DNA of 64,000 nucleotides from IMG/VR virus record IMGVR_UViG_3300042331_000303; one strand, 5' to 3'. Made by a program: the position numbers and the translations under genes. The notes below the pieces were generated by a model. The model had not been told where the DNA came from. It saw nothing but the letters and a program-made list of their open reading frames with translations, and did no database searches. Source of the stretch: a virus (Duplodnaviria; Heunggongvirae; Uroviricota; Caudoviricetes). Of the stretch, positions 43,722 through 54,300 are shown piece by piece (the first letter of the stretch is position 1; each line of letters opens with the position of its first letter).

Positions 43722-45750
43722 GCCGCCGAAGTGCGCCTACGCCCACCTCACGACGGGCCCTCTCTCCGAGGACGCGCGGGTTGCCGTCTGCGCGATCCCA
43801 GGAGTCAAGTTCTTTCGAGGCCAGATCTGGGCGCCGTGGCACGCCATCAAGGCGGTAGATCGGCTCGGGCTCATCTACCACGCAGTCTCGTGGGCGCAGG
43901 CTCCGCAGACGCCTTGGACATGGGAGCAGGTCGAGGAGGCGCTCAGGACGGGCGGAGAGGCCCGTCCAGACGTTCTGGAGCCGGGTTTCCTGCTCGACCA
44001 CCAGAAGGGGGCGCTGCTCAAGGGCGCGAGCCTCCCGGGCTTCCACATCCACCACGCGACGGGCGCAGGGAAGACGCTGACGGCGTACCTCCTCGCGCTG
44101 CTGACGTCGGGGGCGGTCGTGTTCGTCACCAAGTCGAGCGCGCGTGTCCAGATGTCCCGCGAGCTGGCGCGGTTCACCACGGTCCAGCCCTACATCCTCC
44201 GCAACACCTCGTCGGAGTCGCCGGAGAGCATTGACCGGCGGGTAGACGAGCTGCGGCAGCTCCGCCGCGGGGCTACCGACCCTGCCGTGTTCCTCGACCT
44301 CACAGGGGCGACCCCCCGAGACGAGAAGCGGCTGCGTGCAGCCGAGCGGGAGGCCAAGGACACCATCCACCGCCTCGACAGACAGCTTGCCCGAGCGCTG
44401 GACCGCCAGAAGCGCATCCATGCAGCGTTCGAGAGCACGTTCGACCGGTACCTCGAACGCTGCGCTGAAACCGAATCTCGTCCCTTCGTGATCGTGGGGT
44501 GGGACACGCTCGCCAGCTACTTGCCGCTCCTTCGCCAGCTCAAACCGGAGATCGTCGTGTTCGACGAGAGCCACCGCGGGAAGTCCAGCAAGCGCTGGGA
44601 TCGAATCCCGCTCGGCTCGATGCCGGATATGGACTCGGACGTCGAAGGCTACCGGAGCGTCATCGAGACGCAGGCCGCGGAGGCGAAGTCGCGAGGAGGC
44701 TTCATCGCGGAGGACGAAGGCTCGCGGACCATGATCGTCCCCAAGAACAACATGAGCGTCGCGGGGGGAGAGCTGGCGCGCATGGCATCCGTGCGCCGCC
44801 GAATCTGCACGACAGCTACGCCCGTGAAGAACCTGCTGCAAGACTTCTGGTCGCAGCTCGATTTCGCCGAGCCGGATGCTTGGGGCAACGCCGATTCTTT
44901 CGAGAAGCGCTACTGCAACAAGCATCGCGACAACAACGGCTTCATGGACGCGAAGGGAATCAGCAACCCCGACGAGTTGGTGGAGCGCCTGCGGTACGTC
45001 GTCCACCGGGTCGAGTACGCTGAAACGCACAAGAACCTCCCGCCGAAGCGGAGAATCTCGCTCTACGTGGCGCCGGAAGACCAGTGCGCGCCCTCTGGCG
45101 ACTTCGTTCGAGAGATCAGAGAGGCCAAGGCGCGCGGGGCGAACGCCGTCATCGAGGTGAAGCTCGCCGAGGCCGCAAGCAAGAAGCGGAAGGTCGTCTG
45201 CTCGTACGTGGAGGATCACGTCCGCTCGGGACACAAGGTCGTGCTCTTCACGGCTCGCCGCCGAGACTGCGAAGAGCTGGGCAAGGAGCTGCGCCGGGTG
45301 CTCGGGAAGGACGTGCAGATCTGGGCGGCCCACGGCGGCCAGCCAGACACGCTGCGCCAGCAGATCGTAGACGACTACATGGACCACACAGGGCCGTGCG
45401 TGTTCGTCGGGACCGGCGATGCGTTCGGAGAGTCCATCAACCTCCAGCGGACGGATGCCGCGTTCTTCGTGATGCTCCCGTACACACCGGGGCAGTTGCG
45501 GCAGTGGGAAGGCAGGTTCTTCCGTCAAGGGCAGGACCGGCCCTGCATCGTGTACTACGTGATCGCAGAGCAGACGATTGACGAGCACGTCGCGGGCATC
45601 CTCATCAGCAAGCTCCCCGCCATCGAGAAGATCGTCCTCGACTCGGAACTCGCGGCCGCGGGGGCGGTGCTTGGCGGCATCGAGGACCAAGAGGCCATCG
45701 TGGCGAGCATCATTGGAAAGCTGACGTTCTACGATGATGATGACGAATAA
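43711..45750 (+). CDS. SNF2-family superfamily-2 helicase
   Basis: The protein has LLDHQKGALL, HATGAGKTLTA, VVFDESHRGKS (DExH), CTTATPVKN and the C-terminal helicase motif FFRQGQDRP. Confidence 0.85.
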   Translation: MPPKPPKCAYAHLTTGPLSEDARVAVCAIPGVKFFRGQIWAPWHAIKAVDRLGLIYHAVSWAQAPQTPWTWEQVEEALRTGGEARPDVLEPGFLLDHQKGALLKGASLPGFHIHHATGAGKTLTAYLLALLTSGAVVFVTKSSARVQMSRELARFTTVQPYILRNTSSESPESIDRRVDELRQLRRGATDPAVFLDLTGATPRDEKRLRAAEREAKDTIHRLDRQLARALDRQKRIHAAFESTFDRYLERCAETESRPFVIVGWDTLASYLPLLRQLKPEIVVFDESHRGKSSKRWDRIPLGSMPDMDSDVEGYRSVIETQAAEAKSRGGFIAEDEGSRTMIVPKNNMSVAGGELARMASVRRRICTTATPVKNLLQDFWSQLDFAEPDAWGNADSFEKRYCNKHRDNNGFMDAKGISNPDELVERLRYVVHRVEYAETHKNLPPKRRISLYVAPEDQCAPSGDFVREIREAKARGANAVIEVKLAEAASKKRKVVCSYVEDHVRSGHKVVLFTARRRDCEELGKELRRVLGKDVQIWAAHGGQPDTLRQQIVDDYMDHTGPCVFVGTGDAFGESINLQRTDAAFFVMLPYTPGQLRQWEGRFFRQGQDRPCIVYYVIAEQTIDEHVAGILISKLPAIEKIVLDSELAAAGAVLGGIEDQEAIVASIIGKLTFYDDDDE

Positions 45751-45763
45751 TGTAGATACATGA

Positions 45764-45792
45764 TTGACAAACAACTGGACCCAGGATAGGAT
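45764..45792 (+). promoter_or_regulatory. promoter TTGACA-N17-TAGGAT, 6 nt before the ATG at 45799
   Basis: TTGACA lies at 45764-45769 and TAGGAT at 45787-45792. Confidence 0.4.
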
Positions 45793-45798
45793 TGCCCC

Positions 45799-47445
45799 AT
45801 GACCGACTCCAAACCTGCCCCGCTCTCTCCGATCAAAGCCCTCGTGGTTGGCGGAGACAACGGCTTCGCCAACCGTACACTTCCCAACGTCCTCTCGAAG
45901 TTTCGCAAGGATGGGCGGCCCGTACTGGTCCAGTGGCACTGGAGCCATAAGCCCCCCGCGACGGGTGGCATACCGGCTGGGTGTGAGCTGGTGTTCCTGA
46001 TGATCTCCCAGTCGAGCCACTCCCTCTCCCAGCAAGGCGCGGCGATGGCGAAAGCTGCCGGAGTCCCCACCGTGACGGGCTCGTTCAAGGCGACCGAGTG
46101 CATCGAGTCGTTCCGGCGGGCCGGCTTCACCTACTCCAGCAACCCGGTGCCTGTCCCGGTTGCGCCCGCCGTGGAACCGGCCCCAGCTACGCTCACGGCC
46201 GACGAGAAGGCCGCCGTGGCTCGCTGGAAGAACGCTCGGCTCCGAGATCTGGCCTGCCGACAGCCGAGCGACACGTTCGAGAACTACCGCAAGGTGATCC
46301 GAGCTGAGGTCGCAGCGACATTCCCCCGCGAAGTCGAGGACACGCCTACGCTCCTCAACGTGCCCGACGAGCAGCTCCACCGAGCACTCCTCGACGTCGG
46401 CGCCCACCCGTTCGACTGGCCCATCTACCGAAACGCCTGCCGTGACCGCAACATCCCACCGGCGCTCTCGCCTCCCCCTCCCAACACCGAGATCACCATG
46501 CCGCCGGCTACGCCGTCCAATGTCCGCACCTTCCTCCTCCACAACCCCAGCGCGCCGTTCCATGTGCTCCATGAGAAGTTCGGCCTCTCCGCGGAGCGGA
46601 GCCGAGCTGCTCGACGGGAACTCGGGATCGACACGGTGCTGGGGAACTCACAGAGCGGCGGCATCTACCTCCAGCCCGCCTTCTACGCGGCGTGTGACGA
46701 GGCGAAGTTGCCCCATCCGGACACCGGCCTTCCGGGATTCTTCGTGGACCAGGGGCCGGTCGACCTCGCCACCCTGCCGCCAAGCTCCCTGTTCCAGAAG
46801 GCGTTGAAGTTCCTCGCGGACGACCCGACGGTGGACGTCACCGAGGAGTTCCCGACCATCGCCCCGCCGCAGCTTGCCCTGCTGCGCCGCGCGTGTGGCA
46901 TCCTCGTCTTCGGCTCGTCCAAGCAGGACCCGACGGTGGTCTACCCAGCGCGCCTCGAAGCCGTCCGCGAGATGTTCAAGGAGCGCGCGGCTCCCGTCGC
47001 CCCCGCCCCCGCCGCCCGCATCGCCGCCACCCCCCGCGCTGCCGCCCCTGACCCCATCGCGGGCTCCAAGTCCCACGAGGAGGTAGCGTTGGGCTTCCTG
47101 AAGGACTACCCCCACCTCCCCAAGCAGAAGCTGAAGAACCACTTGGCGCGTGTCGGGATGCCGTGGACTTCGCTGACCACGGCAGAGTTCCGGCGCCTGC
47201 ACGCACTGGCCCAGCCTGTGAAAGCTCCCGCGCCTGCGCCGCCGTTGGCGCCTGTGCCGGCCCAGACCACGCCGGATAAGACCGTAGCGGCTGACGACAT
47301 CCGGGCGGCGCTCCACCTCCTCGTGGACGCTCTGGCTGCCGCGGGCTACGACCTCTCAACCGTGCAGATCGACGTGGGCGGTCGCAAGCTCACCGGCAAG
47401 AAGCCGGTGGTCATCACGGTCATGCAGGACGTGGAGATCGTGTGA
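45799..47445 (+). CDS. large hypothetical protein (548 aa) with a Pro/Ala-rich linker
   Basis: The ORF is clean, with no recognisable catalytic motifs. It may be replication-associated, judging by its position. Confidence 0.65.
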   Translation: MTDSKPAPLSPIKALVVGGDNGFANRTLPNVLSKFRKDGRPVLVQWHWSHKPPATGGIPAGCELVFLMISQSSHSLSQQGAAMAKAAGVPTVTGSFKATECIESFRRAGFTYSSNPVPVPVAPAVEPAPATLTADEKAAVARWKNARLRDLACRQPSDTFENYRKVIRAEVAATFPREVEDTPTLLNVPDEQLHRALLDVGAHPFDWPIYRNACRDRNIPPALSPPPPNTEITMPPATPSNVRTFLLHNPSAPFHVLHEKFGLSAERSRAARRELGIDTVLGNSQSGGIYLQPAFYAACDEAKLPHPDTGLPGFFVDQGPVDLATLPPSSLFQKALKFLADDPTVDVTEEFPTIAPPQLALLRRACGILVFGSSKQDPTVVYPARLEAVREMFKERAAPVAPAPAARIAATPRAAAPDPIAGSKSHEEVALGFLKDYPHLPKQKLKNHLARVGMPWTSLTTAEFRRLHALAQPVKAPAPAPPLAPVPAQTTPDKTVAADDIRAALHLLVDALAAAGYDLSTVQIDVGGRKLTGKKPVVITVMQDVEIV

Positions 47446-47825
47446 GGCAGGACGCAGGCAAGCTCGACAAGGTATCCATGCTCCGTGCGACCGGGACTGC
47501 CCATGCGGCAGTTCTGGACCACCTCGACCGCGCAGCTCGTCTCCAGCGAGACGACCAGCGCGTAGAGCGCATGTCGCGCGGGCTCTGCTCGTCTTGCTTC
47601 TACCTCCAAGGCTGGGCTGGCTGCGCAAGCTGTACGACTCGGCCTTGTGCCCTCTGCCACAAGGATCAGAGCTATGGCAGCACGGCTACGGACGTGCTGT
47701 GCCTGTCGTGCGCGTGCTCGAACTCGCTCTGCAAGCGCTGCGGCGGAGACATCGACCTCCGCATCCTCCGCCGGAAGTGGCCCGACGCCAGCGAAAGTAG
47801 CTCGGACGCGCCCTCGCGGGATTGA
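47442..47825 (+). CDS. Cys-rich (multi-CxxC) protein (127 aa)
   Basis: The protein contains CSSCFYLQGWAGCASC...CALCHK...CLSCACSNSLCKRCGG. Confidence 0.5.
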   Translation: MRQDAGKLDKVSMLRATGTAHAAVLDHLDRAARLQRDDQRVERMSRGLCSSCFYLQGWAGCASCTTRPCALCHKDQSYGSTATDVLCLSCACSNSLCKRCGGDIDLRILRRKWPDASESSSDAPSRD

Positions 47826-47855
47826 CAACCGGCGCGCTCCCATTACGGGTGGGGG

Positions 47856-48746
47856 ATGCCGATTCTCCTCGACCCTGGGCCCAGCCGCCGTGGCTGGCAC
47901 CGCCTCCAGACGTTTCTGGAGTGCCCACAGAAGTACGCCTGGGAGTACCTGCGGCCATCCGGGGGAGAGAAGCCGGTACCGAAGGACGGACCGCTGGTGA
48001 TTGGCAGCCTCACGCACGTCGGCATCGCGCACCACTACGCGCGGTTGCGTGAGACGCAACACGGTCGCGACTCCAACATCTACCACGAGCCGTCCACCGC
48101 CATTGCGCTCCTGGCCGAGAAGAACGGCTGGCACCAGCAGGATGTCGAGCACGTACAAGACCTCGTGATCGACTACATCGCGCACTGGAGTGGGCGTGAA
48201 CAGTGGCGCGTGTTGTACGTGGAAGAGGTCTTCGAGGCGCGCTATCCATTCGTCGAGGGTCCGATCCGCCGTAAGGTCCGCGACGAACGGGGCGTGTGGA
48301 CGGGCGAATGGCGGGAGGAGGAGGACGCGCTCCTCACCGCGCGAGTCGATCTCGCCATCGAGATGGCGGGCAAGGTCTACTTCGTCGACCACAAGACCAC
48401 GGGCCGGATCGACGTGAAGCACCCGAAGTTCTACACCATGAGCGGCCAGCTCATCAACTACCGCTGGCTGGGCACCATGGCGTTCGGCGAGAAGTTCGGC
48501 GGCGTGCTCCTGAACATGGTGCAGACGCAGGGCGGGCGGAAGTTCCAGCGGCCTCCGCTGGAGCCGGCCCCGGCGCTCTTCAACAAGTTCCCGCAGACCA
48601 TCGAGGACGCGGAGCGCCGCATCGCTCAGCTCGAAGACGAGGACCGGGCAGTCTCTGCGTGGCCCGCGGCTACCAACGAGCTGACCTGCTTCCACCGCTA
48701 CGGCGCCTGCTCGCATCTGGAGCGGTGCAAGTGGGGGCTCCTGTGA
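47856..48746 (+). CDS. Cas4/RecB-family PD-(D/E)XK exonuclease with a C-terminal Cys cluster
   Basis: VDLAIEM...YFVDHKTTG matches the D...ExK...DxKTG nuclease motifs. The C-terminus CFHRYGACSHLERC is a four-Cys cluster typical of Fe-S RecB/Cas4 nucleases. Confidence 0.7.
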   Translation: MPILLDPGPSRRGWHRLQTFLECPQKYAWEYLRPSGGEKPVPKDGPLVIGSLTHVGIAHHYARLRETQHGRDSNIYHEPSTAIALLAEKNGWHQQDVEHVQDLVIDYIAHWSGREQWRVLYVEEVFEARYPFVEGPIRRKVRDERGVWTGEWREEEDALLTARVDLAIEMAGKVYFVDHKTTGRIDVKHPKFYTMSGQLINYRWLGTMAFGEKFGGVLLNMVQTQGGRKFQRPPLEPAPALFNKFPQTIEDAERRIAQLEDEDRAVSAWPAATNELTCFHRYGACSHLERCKWGLL

Positions 48747-49291
48747 CGCTGTACCCTCCGGGCCACCCCGACTACGCGCCCCCTGGGACGCTCCAGACTG
48801 ATCTCCTCGTGAAAGTCCTTCTCTGCTATACGATCGCGAAGTCCCCGCACGGCGGGTACAGCTCTTCCATGCCGGGCCAGTTGTCGCCACAGTTTGCGTG
48901 GAGCACCTACCGCCTCGCGCGTGGTGCTGACTTGCCACGGCACCTCAACCTGCGGCTGTTCACCTGCCCACGAGGGCAGGTAGGTCAGGGGTTCGATCGA
49001 GGAGCCACCACGACGGAAACCAACATGCAAGTCGGGTGCATGTTTCCAGTCGAGGTGAACGTCAGCCACATGAGTTGGACGGTACAAGGGACAGATCGGT
49101 GGGACAGCCTCCAGCGTGGGACGCTCAAGTGGGAATGTGCGCAGTCCAGTTGGGGAGAAGTGCCCTTGTTCTATGGTAGCCGAGAAGATCAGCCCGGCGG
49201 CGTCCTTTCCTGTGTCGGTGTCTCCTACCCTGCGCCCGTCTGCCTCCCTACGGCCACTTCCTTCTCAATCGTCCTCTCCTTTGGGGCGTAG
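48743..49291 (+). CDS. hypothetical protein (182 aa)
   Basis: The GTG at 48743 overlaps the stop. This is the tail of ORF 48296..49291. Confidence 0.45.
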   Translation: MTLYPPGHPDYAPPGTLQTDLLVKVLLCYTIAKSPHGGYSSSMPGQLSPQFAWSTYRLARGADLPRHLNLRLFTCPRGQVGQGFDRGATTTETNMQVGCMFPVEVNVSHMSWTVQGTDRWDSLQRGTLKWECAQSSWGEVPLFYGSREDQPGGVLSCVGVSYPAPVCLPTATSFSIVLSFGA

Positions 49292-49326
49292 AGGTCTGGC
49301 CGGCTGCCCCCAACTGGTCCGGCGAG

Positions 49327-49352
49327 TTTCTATGGACACTAATCCATAGAAA
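49327..49352. promoter_or_regulatory. AT-rich perfect palindrome TTTCTATGGA-cactaa-TCCATAGAAA in a 210-nt intergenic region
   Basis: The arms are 10 bp long, and the island is AT-rich within a GC-rich genome. It lies directly upstream of the ATPase and polymerase genes. It is a candidate origin or operator. Confidence 0.5.
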
Positions 49353-49502
49353 TAGAGAGATGGGGACGCGGGCTCTGTAGAGAGTCGAAATATCGGGCCT
49401 CGGAACGGAACAATCTGGAAATCTTCTCTCCGCTCAGAACTTTCTCACGGCTTCGCAGGTGCCAACGGGGCATCTTGCTGGAGCCAAACGGACCTCCAGC
49501 CG

Positions 49503-50369
49503 ATGCCTGCTACCCCCGATTCTCCCGCCTTCATCTGCGTCTACGGCCCCTCGGGCGTGGGCAAGTCGACCGACCAAGGTCGTGCCTTCCCCAACGGGCT
49601 GTTCATCGCGGCGCCGGGTGCGCTGGAGAGCATCACCAGCACTTGGGGCTATGGTGTTGCGCACGTTCCTGCAACGGACATCGAAGAGGCGACCGCCATC
49701 GTCAAGTCCAACGCAGGCAAGTTTGACGCCATCGTGGTGGACGACTTCAGCTTCCTTGCGGAGAAGACCTTCGCCCGGCTGGAGAAGAAGCACACCGGCT
49801 TCAAGCTCTGGGGCGCGCTCCGCGACGTCACCCTCGACTTCCGCGACGCGGCGCGCTACGCCTCCATGCACGTCGCCCTGAGCTGCTGGATGCAGCCCCC
49901 TGCGACGAAGCCGGATGGCACCCGCGTGCGCGGCGGTCCCATGCTCTCCGGCAAGCTCCCCGAGCAGCTCCCAGCCATGTGCGACATCGTGCTCCAGTGC
50001 GCACAGGAGCCCATGCGGAAGCCGTGGCCGACGGTCTACCGCTGCTACCCCAGCAACGACTACGTGATGAAGGACCGCTTCAACATCTCCACCGTCTGCG
50101 ACCCGGCGCCCATGAATCTCGGCGAGATCCTCCGTGCGGCTGGGTACCAGTTGAGCCGCCACAAGTCGGCTCCGTGGCAGGAGGACATCGTGACCAAGCT
50201 GGCTGTCTCGTTCATCGACCCGACCAAGGACGGAGAGATCGCCAACGCCGCGTACCAGAAGCTGATCGCGGCGAACATCCCCCCCAAGATGGCCCGCCTC
50301 ACCATCTCGGACGCGCTCGACCGTGCCGTCATCAAGCGGGGCCTCACGCTCCGAGATTCCACCTTCTAA
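49503..50369 (+). CDS. P-loop ATPase (Sak4/RecA-like recombination ATPase candidate)
   Basis: The protein has ICVYGPSGVGKST (Walker A) near its N-terminus and IVVDDFSFL (Walker B). Confidence 0.75.
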   Translation: MPATPDSPAFICVYGPSGVGKSTDQGRAFPNGLFIAAPGALESITSTWGYGVAHVPATDIEEATAIVKSNAGKFDAIVVDDFSFLAEKTFARLEKKHTGFKLWGALRDVTLDFRDAARYASMHVALSCWMQPPATKPDGTRVRGGPMLSGKLPEQLPAMCDIVLQCAQEPMRKPWPTVYRCYPSNDYVMKDRFNISTVCDPAPMNLGEILRAAGYQLSRHKSAPWQEDIVTKLAVSFIDPTKDGEIANAAYQKLIAANIPPKMARLTISDALDRAVIKRGLTLRDSTF

Positions 50370-50439
50370 GCCTACTCGCTCACAAACCGTACTGGCCCGG
50401 CCCGACCAGGACCTCTGCAACTGTCAAGGAAACATCACC

Positions 50440-51099
50440 ATGTCCCAGCTCGATCCCAACTTCGTCTTCGAGATCAATGTCGCGGGCGTCAAGCCTTTCG
50501 CCCCGGGCGCCCAGCTCGAAGCCGGCTTCTACAAGGGCCGCGTCATCGAATACGGTGCTCTCACCGTGAACACCAACAAGGGCCCCGCCCCGAAGATCTC
50601 CATCACCCTCGACATCGGCGGCGTCCAGCGCTCGCTCGACGCCTGGGTGCCCTCCGCCGACGCGACCCCCGAGCAGGCGGCCAACGCCCAGAAGCGCTGG
50701 CGCGCGCTGCTGGAGTCGGCCGGCTACACCGACGCCCAGATCGGCTCCGGCTCCGTGAAGGTCGCCCGCGGCGCCTTCATGGACCGCGAGATGCACATCG
50801 AGGTCCGCAAGGAACTCAACGAGACCGACGGCAAGACCTACGACCGTCTCTTCGCCTGGGCCCCGACCGACTGGTCGAAGGCCAAGGAGAACTTCGAGAA
50901 GGCCGGCGGCGCCGCGGCGGCGCAGCCCATGACCCGTGCGGCGACCGGCGGGGCGGCGGCGGGCGCCCAGACGCTCGGTGGTGGCGCCCAGGCTCTCGGT
51001 GGCGCCCGTCAGGCCCCCGCGGTGACCATGCCCGCGCAGGCGGCGGCGCCCAACGGCGTCAGCACCGCGGCCCTCCTCGGCGCGCTCGGCGGCCAGTAG
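50440..51099 (+). CDS. hypothetical protein (219 aa) with a Gly/Ala-rich C-terminal tail; possible ssDNA-binding partner
   Basis: The ATG at 50440 follows an AAGGAAAC ribosome-binding site. The Gly/Ala-rich tail is a low-complexity region. Any functional role is inferred from position alone. Confidence 0.55.
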   Translation: MSQLDPNFVFEINVAGVKPFAPGAQLEAGFYKGRVIEYGALTVNTNKGPAPKISITLDIGGVQRSLDAWVPSADATPEQAANAQKRWRALLESAGYTDAQIGSGSVKVARGAFMDREMHIEVRKELNETDGKTYDRLFAWAPTDWSKAKENFEKAGGAAAAQPMTRAATGGAAAGAQTLGGGAQALGGARQAPAVTMPAQAAAPNGVSTAALLGALGGQ

Positions 51100-51375
51100 G
51101 CATTCCCGGGCAACCGGGATCGTGAACGCCCACGAAGTCTACGAACCCTTGGGAGGGGGAACGTAGGAGGCGTGACTCTCGGGAGAGACCGAGTCCCCCC
51201 AAGCTGGATGCGACCGTGACCAAGCGCGCTGCCCCTCGACCTGATACGACGCTCGGGGCTCTGCCCGAGGACCGGTCGGTGAAACACGAAGCGGGCCGCC
51301 TCTGGTGCGGTCACGTCGAAGCCGCTCGCCGAAAGGACTGGGAGGGCACGGAAGTCTGCGTTCTCTGCTCCCACC

Positions 51376-54300
51376 TTGTCGAAGAGGCCCAACAGCATGT
51401 ACGAGCCTGAGCGCTGCGGAGCGCAGTGCTGGAGATGCCCCCTCCACGACATGCGGGATGGGGTTCCCGTCCCTCCTGAGTCCAATCCGCACGCCACCAT
51501 CGCCATCATCGGGGAAGCTCCCGGCGAGCACGAGGTTCGTGAGGGCCGCCCCTTCGTCGGGCCCTCCGGCACCGAGATCACGCAGGCGCTCCACAACGTG
51601 GGCATCCTGCGCGGCCAGCTCCACATCGACAACGTCCTGCTCTGTCGACCCCCGAACAACAAGCTCTCGGCGGTGCTGGCGAAGATCCAGAAGCGGAACC
51701 GGGACATCAAGGAGGAGAACCGGCACCGACTCGCCTGCGGCGACGCTCCGCTCCCGATGGTCCCGACCCCGCAAGAGTGCTGCACGCCGCGGCTCTTCTC
51801 GTCGATCCAGTCCTACCGCCACATCATCGTGGCAGGCTCCGTCGCTTCTCGCGCTCTGATCGGCCCAACGTCCATCATGGACCTCCGCGGAGGCATGATC
51901 ACGGCGTACTGGCACGAGGGCCGACTCCGCCTGTTGGAGCCTGGCTCCGAGCCTCCGCCGGGCTTCCCCGAGGTGAAGATCCTGCCGACGCTCCACCCGT
52001 CCTTCGTGATGCGGGCTCGACGGTGGACGCCCGTGTTCCGTGCGGACCTCGCGCGAGCGGCCAGGTGGTTCAACGGGGCCATCGAGTGGGAAGAGCCGGT
52101 CATCCACTACAACCCTCCGATCGAGTTCGTCGAGGCGTTCCTGTCGCGTCCGGAGCAGGTCTGGACCTACGACACCGAGACTGACGGCATCGAGCCCCTG
52201 ACGGCGAACCTGCGCACGGTCCAAGTCGGCACCAAGAACGAGGTGTTGATCGTTGCGTACCTCGGGGTAGATGGATCGACCCACTTCTACACGCCGGAGC
52301 AGGAGCAGCGGCTGAGTCGGGCGTTCAACGGGTTCTTCGCGAACCCCAAGACCGTCAAGTTCGGCTGGAACAACATCGCGTACGACTCGCACCTGATCCG
52401 TCGCTTCTTCGGCGTCCGCGACATCCCGGGGCACCTCGACGGCATCCTCCTGCACCGACTCAAGGAGTCGGAGCTGCCGCACAACCTCGGCTTCGTCGCA
52501 ACCTACTACACCGACGCGCCGCAGTGGAAGGTCGATCGTGCGGGCAAGAAGCGCGCATATGGCTCGGAAACCGACGAGGAGCTGTGGCTCTACGGCGGCC
52601 GCGACGTCGCGCTGACCGCGCGCGTGCTCGACCCTCTGTGGGCGGCCGTGCAGGTTCGGGGGCAGGCCCATCTGGTCAAGCCCGACCACCAGATGGCGCA
52701 GGTCTGCGCCGGCATGAAGGAGAACGGCATGCCCGTGGACCAGAAGCGCCGGCTCTGGTGGGAACGCATGCTGACCATCGGCGGCACGGAGAAGAAGAAG
52801 GACGGCAAGGAGAAGAAGTACATCGGCATGTTCACGTACCTCGCGAACCTGCGTGAGCTGTCCGGCCTGCCGAACCTGAACCCGGGAAGCGTCACCCAGC
52901 TTCGGGATCTGCTCTTCGAGCGCTGGAAGCTGGAGTCACCGCTGGACATCGAGGAGCGGACGACCGAGACGGGAGACCCGTCCACGTCGGACACGGTCCT
53001 GCGCAGCTTCCTGACGATCCCCAAGCTCGACCCGCACCACAAGGACTTCATCCTCCAGCTTCGGCGCTACCGCGCTGTCCAGAAGAAGCTCGGGACCTAC
53101 GTCGTGAAGCTCCGCTACCAGGAGCAGCTCGCGGAAGAGGGATTCGACGACGAAGAGGAGCAGGCCGACCGTGAGTCGCGCCTCGCTCGGGGCGACAAGA
53201 AGTTCGGGATCGTCTCGTCCGTGACCGGCCGGATGTACCCCGGCTGGAACGCGCACGTCGCCGTGACGGGCCGCCTGTCCAGCTCCAAGCCGATCAACGC
53301 GATGAACTTCCCGTCCAGCCTCAAGGACATCGTCGCGGCGCCAGCCGGCCGCCTGTTCGTCGGTGCGGACGCCAACCAGATCGACCTTCGAGTTGCCGCG
53401 GCTCGCTGGGGCTGCGAGCTGTACCTCGACGCCTTCCGCCGAGGAGCCGACCCTCACGCCATGACGGCGTACATGGTCTTCGGCGAGCGCTTCAAGCGGG
53501 CGCAGGGCTTCGCCAAGGGCCGCTGGGACGGCAACCTCTTCCTCCCCGACGCCGATGCGAAGTGGAGCGGGGAAGCCAAGGCCCTCCGTGACCTCGCCAA
53601 GCGCGTGTGCTACGCCTGCGCGCGGCAGGGGACGCGGGTGGTCACGCTCGGCCCAGAAGGCTCCAAGCCCATCGAGCAGATCGTTCCAGGGCAAGACTGG
53701 ACGTGGGCGTGGAGCATCACGCGGCAGAGATATGAGCCGGCCAAGATCGTTGCGAAGATGCAGACTGGCGTGCGCCGCCTTGTTCGCATCAAGCTGCGAG
53801 ACGACCGGCAGAAGGGGCGCCGGAAGTTCACTGAGATCGACCTCACGCCGGATCATCTCTGCATGCTGCGGGATGGTACGTTCCGAGCTGCGGGGAACCT
53901 TCGCCCCGATGACCGGTTGATGCCTTTCCGTCGCTGGGCGTCGTCGGAAGGGTACCGGGTGCTCGATGCCACCAACACGAACACGCGCAATGGGGAGCAC
54001 CGACAGGTCCTTGGGCTGGAGGCTAAGGTTCCTGGACACGTTCACCACCGAGATCGGCTTCGGTGCAACAACGCGCCTGAGAACCTGGAGTACGTCGCGT
54101 CGATGTCGGAGCACTCGAAGCTGCACTGGCAGGAGGATCGAGAGTCGAAGCTGACGGCTCTTCGACTCAACCTTCCAGCAGACATGCAAGCACGACTCGC
54201 TGCGGGCCGGAAGAAGAGCGCGAAGTGGCACGAAGCGATCCGAAGGGAGATGCAAGATCGGTGGAACGGCCCCCGGCGAGAAGAGGCGATTCGTAAGATC

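Noticed and set aside
43684-46572. 962-aa minus-strand ORF
   Set aside because: It is the antisense of the SNF2 helicase and the 548-aa gene. The translation is Arg-rich low complexity. The plus frames carry the canonical helicase motifs.
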